A model generated the notes under the pieces. The model saw nothing but the letters and a program-made list of their open reading frames with translations. It was not told where the DNA came from and made no database searches. 64,000 nucleotides of DNA from Octopus sinensis (Eukaryota): contig NC_043007.1 of assembly GCF_006345805.1 (NCBI RefSeq), positions 20,026,001 to 20,090,000 on the forward strand, in the 5' to 3' direction. A program made the position numbers and the translations under genes. Shown piece by piece: positions 60,837 to 64,000 of the stretch (the stretch's first letter is position 1; each line of letters starts with the position of its first letter).

Positions 60837-62334
60837 ACATAATATAATGACTGCCGTACTATTGTAAAACCTCCCTGCATCAGTCTGGACACATAGACAC
60901 ATTGTTTACAGTATGCCTGTCATGCTTCTTGCTGTTTCCCCTTATATGACCTTCATTATAATTCTTATAAAATTTCAATCAAGCACAATGAAATTTGTTA
61001 CAAGAGAAATACTGAACTGGGTTTGTGGCGCAGGGCTTCAGTTCTGATTCACAATAGAACTCTTAGTAATTTCATGTTGGTATGGTCATGTGATGAAGAA
61101 GTTCATGTAGCCATGTGGCTTCCAGTTTAATCACACTACATGGCAACTTAGGCAAATGTGTTCTGCTGTAGGCCCTGGCTGACCAATGCTTTGTGAGTAA
61201 AATTTGCCAGAACAAAACTATGTGGAAGCCTGTCTCAGGGACCCATTCTTGTTTTTATGTGGCAAACTTAATCCATTAACTGGTTTGACACCACCATGCA
61301 TGCATGCATTTGGTAAGGTCTACTCTGTTGAGTGTTTGGACCTGGAAAGTATAACTTCTTTTGAACCCCATTCTCAGGGACCTTAGAAAAGGGTTACAGA
61401 GTTATGGGCATTGCCCTTCCTTTTCTGACAGTCATACAAAAATATTATTAAATGGTTCCTCACATGAAAATATTTGCAATCAGTTTGACGAATCCTATGC
61501 ATTTATGGTTTGGTATCAGTGATGATACCTGAAATTGTGATAGCACATTATATATTGTTGCTGTTGCTGTTTAGCCCAAAGTCAGCCCTAGTAAGATCTA
61601 TGACTAAAGGTACTCTCTTGCCAGGATCATCATCACCGTTTAACATCCTTTTTTTCCATGCTGGTATGGGTTGGAGGATTCAACAAGAGCTGACAAGCCA
61701 AAAAATATACATATGCACGCACATACATATGCATGCACATACATACACCTGCACATACATACAAACACACACATACATATGCACACACATACATACGCAT
61801 ACACATACATACGAACACATATACACATGCATGCATGCTTCGTTCAACACGTTTCCACCTACCAAATCCACTCACACGGCTCAGGGCTATAGTAGAAATC
61901 ACCTGCTCAAGGACTGAACCCAAGATCACATGGATTGGGAAGCTTCTTAATCACACAATTCTTACCTGTGCCTTTCTATGTCCTTCACAGCTCAGAGGTT
62001 CAACATGTGAAGGTGTAGAATAAAAGTACCTTACTTAAAAGCAATTTAACCAACTGGCATCAGGAAGAGCCCCCGGCTCTAGATTATTGCCTCAGGAAGT
62101 TTTCTCCTACTCATATCAGCATGGAAAAAAACCCAATCATAACAATGATGATGAATATCTTGAATTTCAACTGTTCCTTGAGGCTCATCAGTTGAAAACT
62201 TCAGAGGATTATATATATTGTTTAGTTCACCAAATCCATTTGATAAGAATGCTATGGATTTAAATGAATAAATTATTTGCTGTTCTCATTACTTTTCCAT
62301 ACAAAAGGCTGTGATTTAGTTCTCAACAGAACGC

Positions 62335-62730
62335 AGGAGTGGCTGTGTGGTAAGTAGCTTGTTTACCAACCACATGGTTCCGGGTTCAGTCCCACTGCGT
62401 GGCACCTTGGGCAAGTGTCTTCTACTATAGCCTCGGGCCGACCAAAGCCTTGTGAGTGGATTTGGTAGACGGAAACTGAAAGAAGCCCGTCGTATATATG
62501 TATATATATATATATATATGCTTGTGTGTGTATCTGTGTTTGTCCCCCTAGCATTGCTTGACAACCGATGCTGGTGTGTTTACGTCCCCGTAACTTAGCG
62601 GTTCGGCAAAAGAGACCGATAGGATAAGTACTGGGCTTACAAAAGAATAAGTCCCGGGGTCGAGTTGCTTGATTAAAGGTGGTGCTCCAGCATGGCCGCA
62701 GTCAAATGACTGAAACAAGTAAAAGTGTGA
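62335..62730 (+). mobile_element. SINE family A, full-length consensus-like copy
   Basis: Near-identical to 1966-2397 and 44343-44740. Confidence 0.85.
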
Positions 62731-64000
62731 AAGAGAGAACATTTAACATGGTTGTATTAATATTTGCAACATTTTAAGGCGGCAAGCTGGCAGAAATGTT
62801 GGCACACCAGGCGAAATGCTTAGCGGTATTTCATCTGTCTTTACATTCTGAGTTCAAATTCCGCCAAGGTAAACTTTGCCTTTCATACTTTTAGGGTCGA
62901 TAAATTAAGTAACACTGGGGTTGATGTAATCGACTTAATCCGTTGTCTGTCCTTGTTTGTCCCCTCTATGTTTAGCCCCTTGTGGGTAATAAAGAAATAG
63001 GTATTTCTTCTGTCTTTACATTTTGAGTTCAAATTCCACCAAGGGCGACTTTGCTTTTCATCCTTTTGGGGGTCAATAAATTAAGCACCAGTTATGTACT
63101 GGGGTCAATCTAATCAACTTTCCCCCTCTCCCAAAATTTCTGGCCTTGTGCCTAGAGAAGAAAAGAATATTTGCAACATTTTAAATTTGTTTTTTTATTT
63201 TTTATAACTTGAATAAAAAGAGTAAAAGAAAATAGTCTTTATTTTGATTTGAAAAATACGACCAAAAGATGTAGTTATATTCTTTTTTGTTTTTTACTTG
63301 CTTCAGGCATTGGACTATGGCTATGCTTGGGCATCCTCTTGAAGGGTTTATTCAAAAGTACCATCTAACTGTTTGTAATGAGTCGGTCACATGACAAGCA
63401 ACCATCTGAGTCAGTGATGTGAATGCCTTACTACAAAAGGAAATGTGGCACCTGAAAGACCAATGGTCAGACAAGGAGGTGGACAAATTCAGGCCTGTGC
63501 TTATTCTCACGATGTGAAGGCTTCCGGTGGCACGTAAAAAGCACCCACTACACTCTCGGAGTGGTTGGCGTTAGGAAGGGCATCCAGCTGTAGAAACTCT
63601 GCCAGATCAAGATTGGAGCCTGGTACAACCATCTGGTTCGCCAGCCCTCAGTCAAAACTGTCCAACCCATGCTAGCATGGAAAGCGGACATTAAACGATG
63701 ATGATGATGATGAGGTAATGTGTCAGTGAGATGTAAGGATGGCTCACATTACTGCCCTGAAAAAAAGTGATCTCTTGAAACACTGGTGAGGACATTTAAG
63801 TGAATCAGCCTTCAAAAATTTCTTACAAGGCTCTGGAATTATTCCATAAATTGTGGAAGATAACATTTTGAATCTGCTACCAAATATGGAGGAGCTGGTA
63901 ACTGCCCTCATCTTCATCGTCGTTTAACGTCCATTTTCCATGCTAGCATGGGTTGAACGGTTCGACCGGGGTCTGGGAAGCCAGGAGGCTGCACCAGGCT

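Noticed and set aside
61510-62023. ORFs rich in H/T/Y or V/C/M (also 1933-2232, 23908-24180 and similar)
   Set aside because: Translations of (CA)n/(TA)n microsatellites and SINE bodies

Overview
AT-rich, repeat-dense, intron-rich animal genomic DNA. The SINE/MITE/microsatellite repertoire suggests a cephalopod, probably Octopus (inference). Two divergently oriented spliced genes were reconstructed by hand from GT-AG sites and codon phase. (1) Minus strand: a methyl-CpG-binding-domain (MBD) protein with a ~1,090-aa Ser/Thr/Asn-rich N-terminal exon; coding exons 14343-11085, 7227-7171, 6599-6487, 4119-4092, 2855-2441, continuing off the left edge. (2) Plus strand: a complete 10-exon TFB2M-like mitochondrial transcription factor B2 / rRNA dimethylase-fold gene (30851-60836) with an apparent 1-nt frameshift in exon 4. 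The rest is mostly mobile DNA: two Penelope-like (PLE) retroelements with RT and/or GIY-YIG coding sequence, a young CR1 LINE, RTE fragments, two mariner relics, a tandem Helitron array, piggyBac-, pogo- and Merlin-type MITEs, at least three SINE-like families and a ~175-bp tandem repeat. The most striking unexplained structure is a set of minimal hammerhead-ribozyme (HHR)-like motifs from at least six different repeat families. They have palindromic stem III, several have variant cores (U3:A8; CUGUAGAA), most lie near (TA)n tracts, and several are built into fold-back inverted duplications, including a 1.8-kb near-perfect PLE palindrome. Exon and ribozyme coordinates were counted base by base; repeat boundaries are approximate.
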